Shown here piece after piece: positions 41,301 through 55,000 of a stretch of DNA of 64,000 nucleotides (positions within the stretch are counted from its first letter, which is position 1; the number at the start of each line of letters is the position of its first letter). The position numbers and the translations under genes are program-made. Under the pieces are notes generated by a model. That model had not been told where the DNA came from. It did no database searches and saw only the letters and a list, made by a program, of their open reading frames with translations. Origin of the DNA: the human T2T-CHM13v2.0 reference genome, Homo sapiens; assembly GCF_009914755.1 (NCBI RefSeq), contig NC_060935.1, one strand, 5' to 3'.

Positions 41301-42495
41301 ACTGCTTTGTGATGTTTGTGTTCCACTTCAGGAATTGAACTTTCCTCTTGACAGAGCAGCTCTGAAACCCTCTTATTCTAGAATCTGCAAGTGGACATTT
41401 GGAGGGCTTTGAGGCCTGTGGTGGAAAAGGAAAATCTTCACATAAAAACTAGATGGAAGCATTCTCAGAAACTACTTTGTGATGATTGCATTCGACTCAC
41501 AGAGTTGAACATTCCTATAGATAGAGCAGGTTGTAAACAATCTTTTTGTAGAATCTGCGATTGGAGATTTGGACTGCTTTGAGGCCTACTGTAGTAAAGG
41601 AAATAACGTCATCTAAAAACCAAACGGAAGCATTCACAGACAATTCTTAGTGATCATTGCATTGAACTAACAGAGCTGAACATTCCTTTAGATGGCGCAG
41701 TTTCCAAACACACTTTCTGTAGAATCTGCAAGTGGATATTTGGACCTCTCTGAGGATTTCGTTGGAAACGGGATAAACTTCCCAGAACTACACGGAAGCA
41801 TTCTGAGAAACTTCTTTGTGATGTTTGCATTCAACTCACAGAGTTGAACCTTGCTTTCATAGTTCAGCTTTCAAACCCTCTTTTTGTAGAATCTGCAAGT
41901 GGATATTTGGACCACTTTGTGGCCTTCCTTCGAAACGGGTATATCTTCACATCAAACCTAGACAGAAGCATTCTCAGAATGTTTCCTGTGATGACTGCAT
42001 TCAACTCACAGAGGTGAACAATCCTGCTGATGGAGCAGTTTTGAAACTCTCTTTCTTTGGATTCTGCAAGTGGATATGTGGACCTCTGTGAAGATTTCGT
42101 TGGAAACGGGTTCATCTTCACAGAAAAACTAAACAGAAGCATTCTCAGAAACTGCTTTGTGATGTTTGTGTTCCACTTCAGGAATTGAACTTTCCTCTTG
42201 ACAGAGCAGCTCTGAAACCCTCTTATTCTAGAATCTGCAAGTGGACATTTGGAGGGCTTTGAGGCCTGTGGTGGAAAAGGAAAATCTTCACATAAAAACT
42301 AGATGGAAGCATTCTCAGAAACTACTTTGTGATGATTGCATTCGACTCACAGAGTTGAACATTCCTATAGATAGAGCAGGTTGTAAACAATCTTTTTCTA
42401 GAATCTGCTATTGGAAATTTGGACTGCTTTGAGGCCTACTGTAGTAAAGGAAATAACTTCATCTAAAAACCAAACGGAAGCATTCACAGACAATT
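20396..42495 (+). repeat. Super-HOR block: six distinguishable HOR variants in the order ABCDEF-ABCDEF-ABCDEF-ABC-EF-ABC (5100-bp period, then 4250 bp)
   Basis: Private SNV sets recur at +5100. Examples: atatgttcac (21541, 26641, 31741, 36841, 41091), tcaactccct (25001, 30101, 35201, 39451) and attctgcgtg (23361, 28461, 33561). Confidence 0.92.
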
Positions 42496-43072
42496 CTTAG
42501 TGATCATTGGATTGAACTAACAGAGCTGAACATTCCTTTAGATGGAGCAGTTTCCAAACCCACTTTCTGTAGAATCTGCAAGTGGATATTTGGACTTCTC
42601 TGAGGATTTCGTTGGAAACGGGATAAACTTCCCAGAACTACAGGGAAGCATTGTGAGAAACTTCTTTGTGATGTTTGCATTCAACTCACAGAGTTGAACC
42701 TTGCTTTCATAGTTCAGCTTTCAAACACTCTTTTTGTAGAATCTGCAAGTGGATATTTAGACCACTTTGTGGCCTTCCTTCGAAACGGGTATATCTTCAC
42801 ATCAAACCTAGACAGAAGCATTCTCAGAATGTTTCCTGTGAAGACTGCATTCAACTCACAGAGATGAACAATCCTGTTGATGGAGCACTTTGGAAACTCT
42901 CTTTCTTGGGATTCTGCAAGTTGATATGTGGACCTCTGTGAAGATTTCGTTGGAAACGGGTTCATCTTCACAGAAAAACTAAACAGAAGCATTCTCAAAA
43001 ACTACTTTGTGATGTTTGTGTTCCACTTCAAGAATTGAACTTTCCTCTTGACAGAGCAGCTCTGAAAACCTC

Positions 43073-46000
43073 TTTTTCTAGAATCTGCAAGTGGACATTT
43101 GGAGGGCTTTGAGGCCTGTGGTGGAAAAGGAAAATCTTCACATAAAAACTAGATGGAAGCATTCTCAGAAACTACTTTGTGATGATTGCATTCGACTCAC
43201 AGAGTTGAACATTCCTATAGATAGAGCAGGTTGTAAACAATCTTTTTCTAGAATCTGCGATTGGAGATTTGGACTGCTTTGAGGCCTACTGTAGTAAAGG
43301 AAATAACTTCATCTAAAAACCAAACGGAAGCATTCACAGACAATTCTTAGTGATCATTGGATTGAACTAACACAGCTGAACATTCCTTTAGATGGAGCAG
43401 TTTCCAAACACACTTTCTGTAGAATCTGCAAGTGGATATTTGGACCACTCTGAGGATTTCGTTGGAAACGGGATAAACTTCCCAGAACTACACGGAAGCA
43501 TTCTGAGAAACTTCTTTGTGATGTTTGCATTCAACTCACAGAGTTGAACCTTGCTTTCATAGTTCAGCTTTCAAACACTCTTTTTGTAGAATCTGCAAGT
43601 GGATATTTGGACCACTTTGTGGCCTTCCTTCGAAACGGGTATATCTTCACATCAAACCTAGACAGAAGCATTCTCAGAATGTTTCCTGTGATGACTGCAT
43701 TCAACTCACAGAGGTGAACAATCCTGCTGATGGAGCAGTTTTGAAACTCTCTTTCTTTGGATTCTGCAAGTGGATATGTGGACCTCTGTGAAGATTTCGT
43801 TGGAAACGGGTTCATCTTCACAGAAAAACTAAACAGAAGCATTCTCAGAAACTGCTTTGTGATGTTTGTGTTCCACTTCAGGAATTGAACTTTCCTCTTG
43901 ACAGAGCAGCTCTGAAACCCTCTTATTCTATAATCTGCAAGTGGACATTTGGAGTGCTTTGAGTCCTGTGGTGGAAAAGGAAAATCTTCACATAAAAACT
44001 AGATGGAAGCATTCTCAGAAACTACTTTGTGATGATTGCATTCGACTCACAGAGTTGAACATTCCTATAGATAGAGCAGGTTGTAAACAATCTTTTTGTA
44101 GAAAATGCGATTGGAGATTTGGACTGCTTTGAGGCCTACTGTAGTAAAGGAAATAACTTCATCTAAAAACCAAACGGAAGCATTCACAGACAATTCTTAG
44201 TGATCATTGGATTGAACTAACAGAGCTGAACATTCCTTTAGATGGCGCAGTTTCCAAACCCACTTTCTGTAGAATCTGCAAGTGGATATTTGGACTTCTC
44301 TGAGGATTTCGTTGGAAACGGGATAAACTTCCCAGAACTACACGGAAGCATTGTGAGAAACTTCTTTGTGATGTTTGCATTCAACTCACAGAGTTGAACC
44401 TTGCTTTCATAGTTCAGCTTTCAAACACTCTTTTTGTAGAATCTGCAAGTGGATATTTGGACCACTTTGTGGCCTTCCTTCGAAACGGGTATATCTTCAC
44501 ATCAAACCTAGACAGAAGCATTCTCAGAATGTTTCCTGTGATGACTGCATTCAACTCACAGAGGTGAACAATCCTGCTGATGGAGCAGTTTTGAAACTCT
44601 CTTTCTTTGGATTCTACAAGTGGATATGTGGACCTCTGTGAAGATTTCGTTGGAAACGGGTTCATCTTCACAGAAAAACTAAACAGAAGCATTCTCAGAA
44701 ACTGCTTTGTGATGTTTGTGTTCCACTTCAGGAATTGAACATTCCTCTTGACAGAGCAGCTCTGAAACCCTCTTATTCTAGAATCTGCAAGTGGACATTT
44801 GGAGGGCTTTGAGGCCTGTGGTGGAAAAGGAAAATCTTCACATAAAAACTAGATGGAAGCATTCTCAGAAACTACTTTGTGATGATTGCATTCGACTCAC
44901 AGAGTTGAACATTCCTATAGATAGAGCAGGTTGTAAACAATCTTTTTGTAGAATCTGCGATTGGAGATTCGGACTGCTTTGAGGCCTACTGTAGTAAAGG
45001 AAATAACTTCATCTAAAAACCAAACGGAAGCATTCACAGACAATTCTTAGTGATCATTGCATTGAACTAACAGAGCTGAACATTCCTTTACATGGCGCAG
45101 TTTCCAAACACACTTTCTGTAGAATCTGCAAGTGGATATTTGGACCTCTCTGAGGATTTCGTTGGAAACGGGATAAACTTCCCAGAACTACACGGAAGCA
45201 TTGTGAGAAACTTCTTTGTGATGTTTGCATTCAACTCACAGAGTTGAACCTTGCTTTCATAGTTCAGCTTTCAAACACTTTTTTTGTAGAATCTGCAAGT
45301 GGATATTTGGACCACTTTGTGGCCTTCCTTCGAAACGGGTATATCTTCACATCAAACCTAGACAGAAGCATTCTCAGAATGTTTCCTGTGATGACTGCAT
45401 TCAACTCACAGAGGTGAACAATCCTGCTGATGGAGGAGTTTTGAAACTCTCTTTCTTTGGATTCTGCAAGTGGATATGTGGACCTCTGTGAAGATTTCGT
45501 TGGAAACGGGTTCATCTTCACAGAAAAACTAAACAGAAGCATTCTCAGAAACTGCTTTGTGATGTTTGTGTTCCACTTCAGGAATTGAACTTTCCTCTTG
45601 ACAGAGCAGCTCTGAAACCCTCTTATTCTAGAATCTGCAAGTGGACATTTGGAGGGCTTTGAGGCCTGTGGTGGAAAAGGAAAATCTTCACATAAAAACT
45701 AGATGGAAGCATTCTCAGAAACTACTTTGTGATGATTGCATTCGACTCACAGAGTTGAACATTCCTATAGATAGAGCAGGTTGTAAACAATCTTTTTCTA
45801 GAATCTGCGATTGGAGATTTGGACAGCTTTGAGGCCTACTGTAGTAAAGGAAATAACTTCATCTAAAAACCAAACGGAAGCATTCACAGACAATTCTTAG
45901 TGATCATTGGATTGAACTAACAGAGCTGAACATTCCTTTAGATGGAGCAGTTTCCAAACCCACTTTCTGTAAAATCTGCAAGTGGATATTTGGACTTCTC

Positions 46001-49000
46001 TGAGGATTTCGTTGGAAACGGGATAAACTTCCCAGAACTACAGGGAAGCATTGTGAGAAACTTCTTTGTGATGTTTGCATTCAACTCACAGAGTTGAACC
46101 TTGCTTTTATAGTTCAGCTTTCAAACACTCTTTTTGTAGAATCTGCAAGTGGATATTTGGACCACTTTGTGGCCTTCCTTCGAAACGGGTATATCTTCAC
46201 ATCAAACCTAGACATAAGCATTCTCAGAATGTTTCCTGTGAAGACTGCATTCAACTCACAGAGGTGAACAATCCTGCTGATGGAGCAGTTTTGAAACTCT
46301 CTTTCTTTGGATTCTGCATGTGGATATGTTGACCTCTGTGAAGATTTCGTTGGAAACGGGTTCATCTTCACAGAAAAACTAAACAGGAGCATTCTCAGAA
46401 ACTGCTTTGTGATGTTTGTGTTCCACTTCAAGAATTGAACTTTCCTCTTGACAGAGCAGCTCTGAAACCCTCTTTTTCTAGAATCTGCAAGTGGACATTT
46501 GGAAGGATTTGAGGCCTGTGGTGGAAAAGGAAAATCTTCACATAAAAACTAGATGGAAGCATTCTCAGAAACTACTTTGTGATGATTGCATTCGACGCAC
46601 AGAGTTGAACATTCCTATAGAGAGAGCAGGTTGTAAACAATCTTTTTGTAGAATCTGCGATTGGAGATTTGGACTGCTTTGAGGCTTACTGTAGTAAAGG
46701 AAATAACTTCATCTAAAAACCAAACGGAAGCATTCACAGACAATTCTTAGTGATCATTGGATTGAGCTAACAGAGCTGAACATTCCTTTAGATGGAGCAG
46801 TTTCCAAACCCACTTTCTGTAGAATCTGCAAGTGGATATTTGTACTTCTCTGAGGATTTCGTTGGAAACGGGATAAACTTCCCAGAACTACACGGAAGCA
46901 TTGTGAGAAACTTCTTTGTGATGTTTGCATTCAACTCACAGAGTTGAACCTTGCTTTCATAGTTCAGCTTTCAAACACTCTTTTTGTAGAATCTGCAAGT
47001 GGATATTTGGACCACTTTGTGGCCTTCCTTCGAAACGGGTATATCTTCACATCAAACCTAGACAGAAGCATTCTCAGAATGTTTCCTGTGATGACTGCAT
47101 TCAACTCACAGAGGTGAACAATCCTGCTGATGGAGCAGTTTTGAAACTCTCTTTCTTTGGATTCTGCAAGTGGATATGTGGACCTCTGTGAAGATTTCGT
47201 TGGAAACGGGTTCATCTTCACAGAAAAACTAAACAGAAGCATTCTCAGAAACTGCTTTGTGATGTTTGTGTTCCACTTCAGGAATTGAACTTTCCTCTTG
47301 ACAGAGCAGCTCTGAAACCCTCTTATTCTAGAATCTGCAAGTGGACATTTGGAGGGCTTTGAGGCCTGTGGTGGAAAAGGAAAATCTTCACATAAAAACT
47401 AGATGGAAGCATTCTCAGAAACTACTTTGTGATGATTGCATTCGACTCACAGAGTTGAACATTCCTATAGATAGAGCAGGTTGTAAACAATCTTTTTGTA
47501 GAATCTGCGATTGGAGATTTGGACTGCTTTGAGGCCTACTGTAGTAAAGGAAATAACTTCATCTAAAAACCAAACGGAAGCATTCACAGACAATTCTTAG
47601 TGATCATTGCATTGAACTAACAGAGCTGAACATTCCTTTAGATGGCGCAGTTTCCAAACACACTTTCTGTAGAATCTGCAAGTGGATATTTGGACTTCTC
47701 TGAGGATTTCGTTGGAAACGGGATAAACTTCCCAGAACTACACGGAAGCATTGTGAGAAACTTCTTTGTGATGTTTGCATTCAACTCACAGAGTTGAAAC
47801 TTGCTTTCATAGTTCAGCTTTCAAACACTCTTTTTGTAGAATCTGCAAGTGGATATTTGGACCACTTTGTGGCCTTCCTTCGAAACGGGTATATCTTCAC
47901 ATCAAACCTAGACATAAGCATTCTCAGAATGTTTCCTGTGAAGACTGCATTCAACTCACAGAGATGAACAATCCTGTTGATGGAGCACTTTGGAAACTCT
48001 CTTTCTTTGGATTCTGCAAGTTGATATGTGGACTTCTGTGAAGATTTCGTTGGAAACGGGTTCATCTTCACAGAAAAACTAAACAGAAGCATTCTCAAAA
48101 ACTACTTTGTGATGTTTGTGTTCCACTTCAAGAATTGAACTTTCCTCTTGACAGAGCAGTTCTGAAAACCTCTTTTTCTAGAATCTGCAAGTGGACATTT
48201 GGAGGGCTTTGAGGCCTGTGGTGGAAAAGGAAAATCTTCACATAAAAACTAGATGGAAGCATTCTCAGAAACTACTTTGTGATGATTGCATTCGACTCAC
48301 AGAGTTGAACATTCCTATAGATAGAGCAGGTTGTAAACAATCTTTTTGTAGAATCTGCGATTGGAGATTCGGACTGCTTTGAGGCCTACTGTAGTAAAGG
48401 AAATAACTTCATCTAAAAACCAAACGGAAGCATTCACAGACAATTCTTAGTGATCATTGCATTGAACTAACAGAGCTGAACATTCCTTTACATGGCGCAG
48501 TTTCCAAACACACTTTCTGTAGAATCTGCAAGTGGATATTTGGACCTCTCTGAGGATTTCGTTGGAAACGGGATAAACTTCCCAGAACTACACGGAAGCA
48601 TTGTGAGAAACTTCTTTGTGATGTTTGCATTCAACTCACAGAGTTGAACCTTGCTTTCATAGTTCAGCTTTCAAACACTTTTTTTGTAGAATCTGCAAGT
48701 GGATATTTGGACCACTTTGTGGCCTTCCTTCGAAACGGGTATATCTTCACATCAAACCTAGACAGAAGCATTCTCAGAATGTTTCCTGTGATGACTGCAT
48801 TCAACTCACAGAGGTGAACAATCCTGCTGATGGAGGAGTTTTGAAACTCTCTTTCTTTGGATTCTGCAAGTGGATATGTGGACCTCTGTGAAGATTTCGT
48901 TGGAAACGGGTTCATCTTCACAGAAAAACTAAACAGAAGCATTCTCAGAAACTGCTTTGTGATGTTTGTGTTCCACTTCAGGAATTGAACTTTCCTCTTG

Positions 49001-52000
49001 ACAGAGCAGCTCTGAAACCCTCTTATTCTAGAATCTGCAAGTGGACATTTGGAGGGCTTTGAGGCCTGTGGTGGAAAAGGAAAATCTTCACATAAAAACT
49101 AGATGGAAGCATTCTCAGAAACTACTTTGTGATGATTGCATTCGACTCACAGAGTTGAACATTCCTATAGATAGAGCAGGTTGTAAACAATCTTTTTGTA
49201 GAATCTGCGATTGGAGATTTGGACAGCTTTGAGGCCTACTGTAGTAAAGGAAATAACTTCATCTAAAAACCAAACGGAAGCATTCACAGACAATTCTTAG
49301 TGATCATTGGATTGAACTAACAGAGCTGAACATTCCTTTAGATGGAGCAGTTTCCAAACCCACTTTCTGTAGAATCTGCAAGTGGATATTTGGACTTCTC
49401 TGAGGATTTCGTTGGAAACGGGATAAACTTCCCAGAACTACAGGGAAGCATTGTGAGAAACTTCTTTGTGATGTTTGCATTCAACTCACAGAGTTGAACC
49501 TTGCTTTCATAGTTCAGCTTTCAAACACTCTTTTTGTAGAATCTGCAAGTGGATATTTGGACCACTTTGTGGCCTTCCTTCGAAACGGGTATATCTTCAC
49601 ATCAAACCTAGACAGAAGCATTCTCAGAATGTTTCCTGTGAAGACTGCATTCAACTCACAGAGATGAACAATCCTGTTGATGGAGCACTTTGGAAACTCT
49701 CTTTCTTGGGATTCTGCAAGTTGATATGTGGACCTCTGTGAAGATTTCGTTGGAAACGGGTTCATCTTCACAGAAAAACTAAACAGAAGCATTCTCAAAA
49801 ACTACTTTGTGATGTTTGTGTTCCACTTCAAGAATTGAAGTTTCCTCTTGACAGAGCAGCTCTGAAAACCTCTTTTTCTAGAATCTGCAAGTGGACATTT
49901 GGAGGGCTTTGAGGCCTGTGGTGGAAAAGGAAAATCTTCACATAAAAACTAGATGGAAGCATTCTCAGAAACTACTTTGTGATGATTGCATTCGACTCAC
50001 AGAGTTGAACATTCCTATAGATAGAGCAGGTTGTAAACAATCTTTTTGTAGAAAATGCGATTGGAGATTTGGACAGCTTTGAGGCCTACTGTAGTAAAGG
50101 AAATAACTTCATCTAAAAACCAAACGGAAGCATTCACAGACAATTCTTAGTGATCATTGCATTGAACTAACAGAGCTGAACATTCCTTTAGATGGCGCAG
50201 TTTCCAAACACACTTTCTGTAGAATCTGCAAGTGGATATTTGGACCTCTCTGAGGATTTCGTTGGAAACGGGATAAACTTCCCAGAACTACACGGAAGCA
50301 TGCTGAGAAACTTCTTTGTGATGTTTGCATTCAACTCACAGAGTTGAACCTTGCTTTCATAGTTCAGCTTTCAAACACTCTTTTTGTAGAATCTGCAAGT
50401 GGATATTTGGACCACTTTGTGGCCTTCCTTCGAAACGGGTATATCTTCACATCAAACCTAGACAGAAGCATTCTCAGAATGTTTCCTGTGATGACTGCAT
50501 TCAACTCACAGAGGTGAACAATCCTGCTGATGGAGCAATTTTGAAACTCTCTTTCTTTGGATTCTGCAAGTGGATATGTGGACCTCTGTGAAGATTTCGT
50601 TGGAAACGGGTTCATCTTCACAGAAAAACTAAACAGAAGCATTCTCAGAAACTGCTTTGTGATGTTTGTGTTCCACTTCAGGAATTGAACTTTCCTCTTG
50701 ACAGAGCAGCTCTGAAACCCTCTTATTCTAGAATCTGCAAGTGGACATTTGGAGGGGTTTGAGGCCTGTGGTGGAAAAGGAAAATCTTCACATAAAAACT
50801 AGATGGAAGCATTCTCAGAAACTACTTTGTGATGATTGCATTCGACTCACAGAGTTGAACATTCCTATAGATAGAGCAGGTTGTAAACAATCTTTTTGTA
50901 GAATCTGCGATTGGAGATTTGGACTGCTTTGAGGCCTACTGTAGTAAAGGAAATAACTTCATCTAAAAACCAAACGGAAGCATTCACAGACAATTCTTAG
51001 TGATCATTGCATTGAACTAACAGAGCTGAACATTCCTTTAGATGGAGCAGTTTCCAAACACACTTTCTGTAGAACCTGCAAGTGGATATTTGGACCTCTC
51101 TGAGGATTTCGTTGGAAACGGGATAAACTTCCCAGAGCTACAAGGAAGCATTGTGAGAAACTTCTTTGTGATGTTTGCATTCAACTCACAGAGTTGAACC
51201 TTGCTTTCATAGTTCAGCTTTCAAACACTCTTTTTGTAGAATCTGCAAGTGGATATTTGGACCACTTTGTGGCCTTCCTTCGAAACGGGTATATCTTCAC
51301 ATCAAACCTAGACAGAAGCATTCTCAGAATGTTTCCTGTGATGACTGCATTCAACTCACAGAGGTGAACAATTCTGCTGATGGAGCAGTTTTGAAACTCT
51401 CTTTCTTTGGATTCTGCAAGTGGATATGTGGACCTCTATGAAGATTTCGTTGGAAACGGGTTCATCTTCACAGAAAAACTAAACAGAAACATTCTCACAA
51501 ACTGCTTTGTGATGTTTGTGTTCCACTTCAGGAATTGAACTTTCCTCTTGACAGAGCAGCTCTGAAACCCTCTTTTTCTAGAATCTGCAAGTGGACATTT
51601 GGAGGGCTTTGAGGCCTGTGGTGGAAAAGGAAAATCTTCACATAAAAACTAGATGGAAGCATTCTCACAAACTACTTTGTGATGATTGCATTCGACTCAC
51701 AGAGTTGAACATTCCTATAGATAGAGCAGGTTGTAAACAATCTTTTTGTAGAATCTGCGATTGGAGATTTGGACTGCTTTGAGGCCTACTGTAGTAAAGG
51801 AAATAACTTCATCTAAAAACCAAACGGAAGCATTCACAGACAATTCTTAGTGATCATTGGATTGAACTAACAGAGCTGAACATTCCTTTAGATGGCGCAG
51901 TTTCCAAACACACTTTCTGTAGAATCTGCAAGTGGATATTTGGACTTCTCTGAGGATTTCGTTGGAAACGGGATAAATTTCCCAGAACTACACGGAAGCA

Positions 52001-55000
52001 TTGTGAGAAACTTCTTTGTGATGTTTGCATTCAACTCACAGAGTTGAACCTTGCTTTCATAGTTCAGCTTTCAAACCCTCTTTTTGTAGAATCTGCAAGG
52101 GGATATTTGGGCCACTTTGGGGCCTTCCTTCGAAACGGGTATATCTTCACATCAAACCTAGACAGAAGCATTCTCAGAATGTTTCCTGTGATGACTGCAT
52201 TCAACTCACAGAGGTGAACAATCCTGCTGATGGAGCAGTTTTGAAACTCTCTTTCTTTGGATTCTGCAAGTGGATATGTGGACCTCTGTGAAGATTTCGT
52301 TGGAAACGGGTTCATCTTCACAGAAAAACTAAACAGGAGCATTCTCAGAAACTGCTTTGTGATGTTTGTGTTCCACTTCAAGAATTGAACTTTCCTCTTG
52401 ACAGAGCAGCTCTGAAACCCTATTTTTCTAGAATCTGCAAGTGGACATTTGGAGGGCTTTGAGGCCTGTGGTGGAAAAGGAAAATCTTCACATAAAAACT
52501 AGATGGAAGCATTCTCAGAAACTACTTTGTGATGATTGCATTCGACTCACAGAGTTGAACATTCCTATAGATAGAGCAGGTTGTAAACAATCTTTTTCTA
52601 GAATCTGTGATTGGAGATTTGGACAGCTTTGAGGCCTACTGTAGTAAAGGAAATAACTTCATCTAAAAACCAAACGGAAGCATTCACAGACAATTCTTAG
52701 TGATCATTGGATTGAACTAACAGAGCTGAACATTCCTTTAGATGGAGCAGTTTCCAAACCCACTTTCTGTAGAATCTGCAAGTGGATATTTGGACTTCTC
52801 TGAGGATTTCGTTGGAAACGGGATAAACTTCCCAGAACTACAGGGAAGCATTGTGAGAAACTTCTTTGTGATGTTTGCATTCAACTCACAGAGTTGAACC
52901 TTGCTTTCATAGTTCAGCTTTCAAACACTCTTTTTGTAGAATCTGCAAGTGGATATTTAGACCACTTTGTGGCCTTCCTTCGAAACGGGTATATCTTCAC
53001 ATCAAACCTAGACAGAAGCATTCTCAGAATTTTTCCTGTGAAGACTGCATTCAACTCACAGAGATGAACAATCCTGTTGATGGAGCACTTTGGAAACTCT
53101 CTTTCTTGGGATTCTGCAAGTTGATATGTGGACCTCTGTGAAGATTTCGTTGGAAACGGGTTCATCTTCACAGAAAAACTAAACAGAAGCATTCTCAAAA
53201 ACTACTTTGCGATGTTTGTGTTCCACTTCAAGAATTGAACTTTCCTCTTGACAGAGCAGCTCTGAAAACCTCTTTTTCTAGAATCTGCAAGTGGACATTT
53301 GGAGGGCTTTGAGGCCTGTGGTGGAAAAGGAAAATCTTCACATAAAAACTAGATGGAAGCATTCTCAGAAACTACTTTGTGATGATTGCATTCGACTCAC
53401 AGAGTTGAACATTCCTATAGATAGAGCAGGTTGTAAACAATCTTTTTCTAGAATCTGCGATTGGAGATTTGGACTGCTTTGAGGCCTACTGTAGTAAAGG
53501 AAATAACTTCATCTAAAAACCAAACGGAAGCATTCACAGACAATTCTTAGTGATCATTGGATTGAACTAACACAGCTGAACATTCCTTTAGATGGAGCAG
53601 TTTCCAAACACACTTTCTGTAGAATCTGCAAGTGGATATTTGGACCACTCTGAGGATTTCGTTGGAAACGGGATAAACTTCCCAGAACTACACGGAAGCA
53701 TGCTGAGAAACTTCTTTGTGATGTTTGCATTCAACTCACAGAGTTGAACCTTGCTTTCATAGTTCAGCTTTCAAACACTCTTTTTGTAGAATCTGCAAGT
53801 GGATATTTGGACCACTTTGTGGCCTTCCTTCGAAACGGGTATATCTTCACATCAAACCTAGACAGAAGCATTCTCAGAATGTTTCCTGTGATGACTGCAT
53901 TCAACTCACAGAGGTGAACAATCCTGCTGATGGAGCAGTTTTGAAACTCTCTTTCTTTGGATTCTGCAAGTGGATATGTGGACCTCTGTGAAGATTTCGT
54001 TGGAAACGGGTTCATCTTCACAGAAAAACTAAACAGGAGCATTCTCAGAAAGTGCTTTGTGATGTTTGTGTTCCACTTCAGGAATTGAACTTTCCTCTTG
54101 ACAGAGCAGCTCTGAAACCCTCTTTTTCTAGAATCTGCAAGTGGACATTTGGAGGGCTTTGAGGCCTGTGGTGGAAAAGGAAAATCTTCACATAAAAACT
54201 AGATGGAAGCATTCTCAGAAACTACTTTGTGATGATTGCATTCGACTCACAGAGTTGAATATTCCTATAGATAGAGCAGGTTGTAAACAATCTTTTTGTA
54301 GAATCTGCGATTGGAGATTTGGACTGCTTTGAGGCCTACTGTAGTAAAGGAAATAACTTCATCTAAAAACCAAACGGAAGCATTCACAGACAATTCTTAG
54401 TGATCATTGGATTGAACTAACAGAGTTGAACATTCCTTTAGATGGCGCAGTCTCCAAACACACTTTCTGTAGAATCTGCAAGTGGATATTTGGACTTCTC
54501 TGAGGATTTCGTTGGAAACGGGATAAACTTCCCAGAACTACACGGAAGCATTGTGAGAAACTTCTTTGTGATGTTTGCATTCAACTCACAGAGTTGAACC
54601 TTGCTTTCATAGTTCAGCTTTCAAACCCTCTTTTTGTAGAATCTGCAAGTGGATATTTGGGCCACTTTGTGGCCTTCCTTCGAAACGGGTATATCTTCAC
54701 ATCAAACCTAGACAGAAGCATTCTCAGAATGTTTCCTGTGATGACTGCATTCAACTCACAGAGGTGAACAATCCTGCTGATGGAGCAGTTTTGAAACTCT
54801 CTTTCTTTGGATTCTGCAAGTGGATATGTGGACCTCTGTGAAGATTTCGTTGGAAACGGGTTCATCTTCACAGAAAAACTAAACAGGAGCATTCTCAGAA
54901 ACTGCTTTGTGATGTTTGTGTTCCACTTCAAGAATTGAACTTTCCTCTTGACAGAGCAGCTCTGAAACCCTATTTTTCTAGAATCTGCAAGTGGACATTT

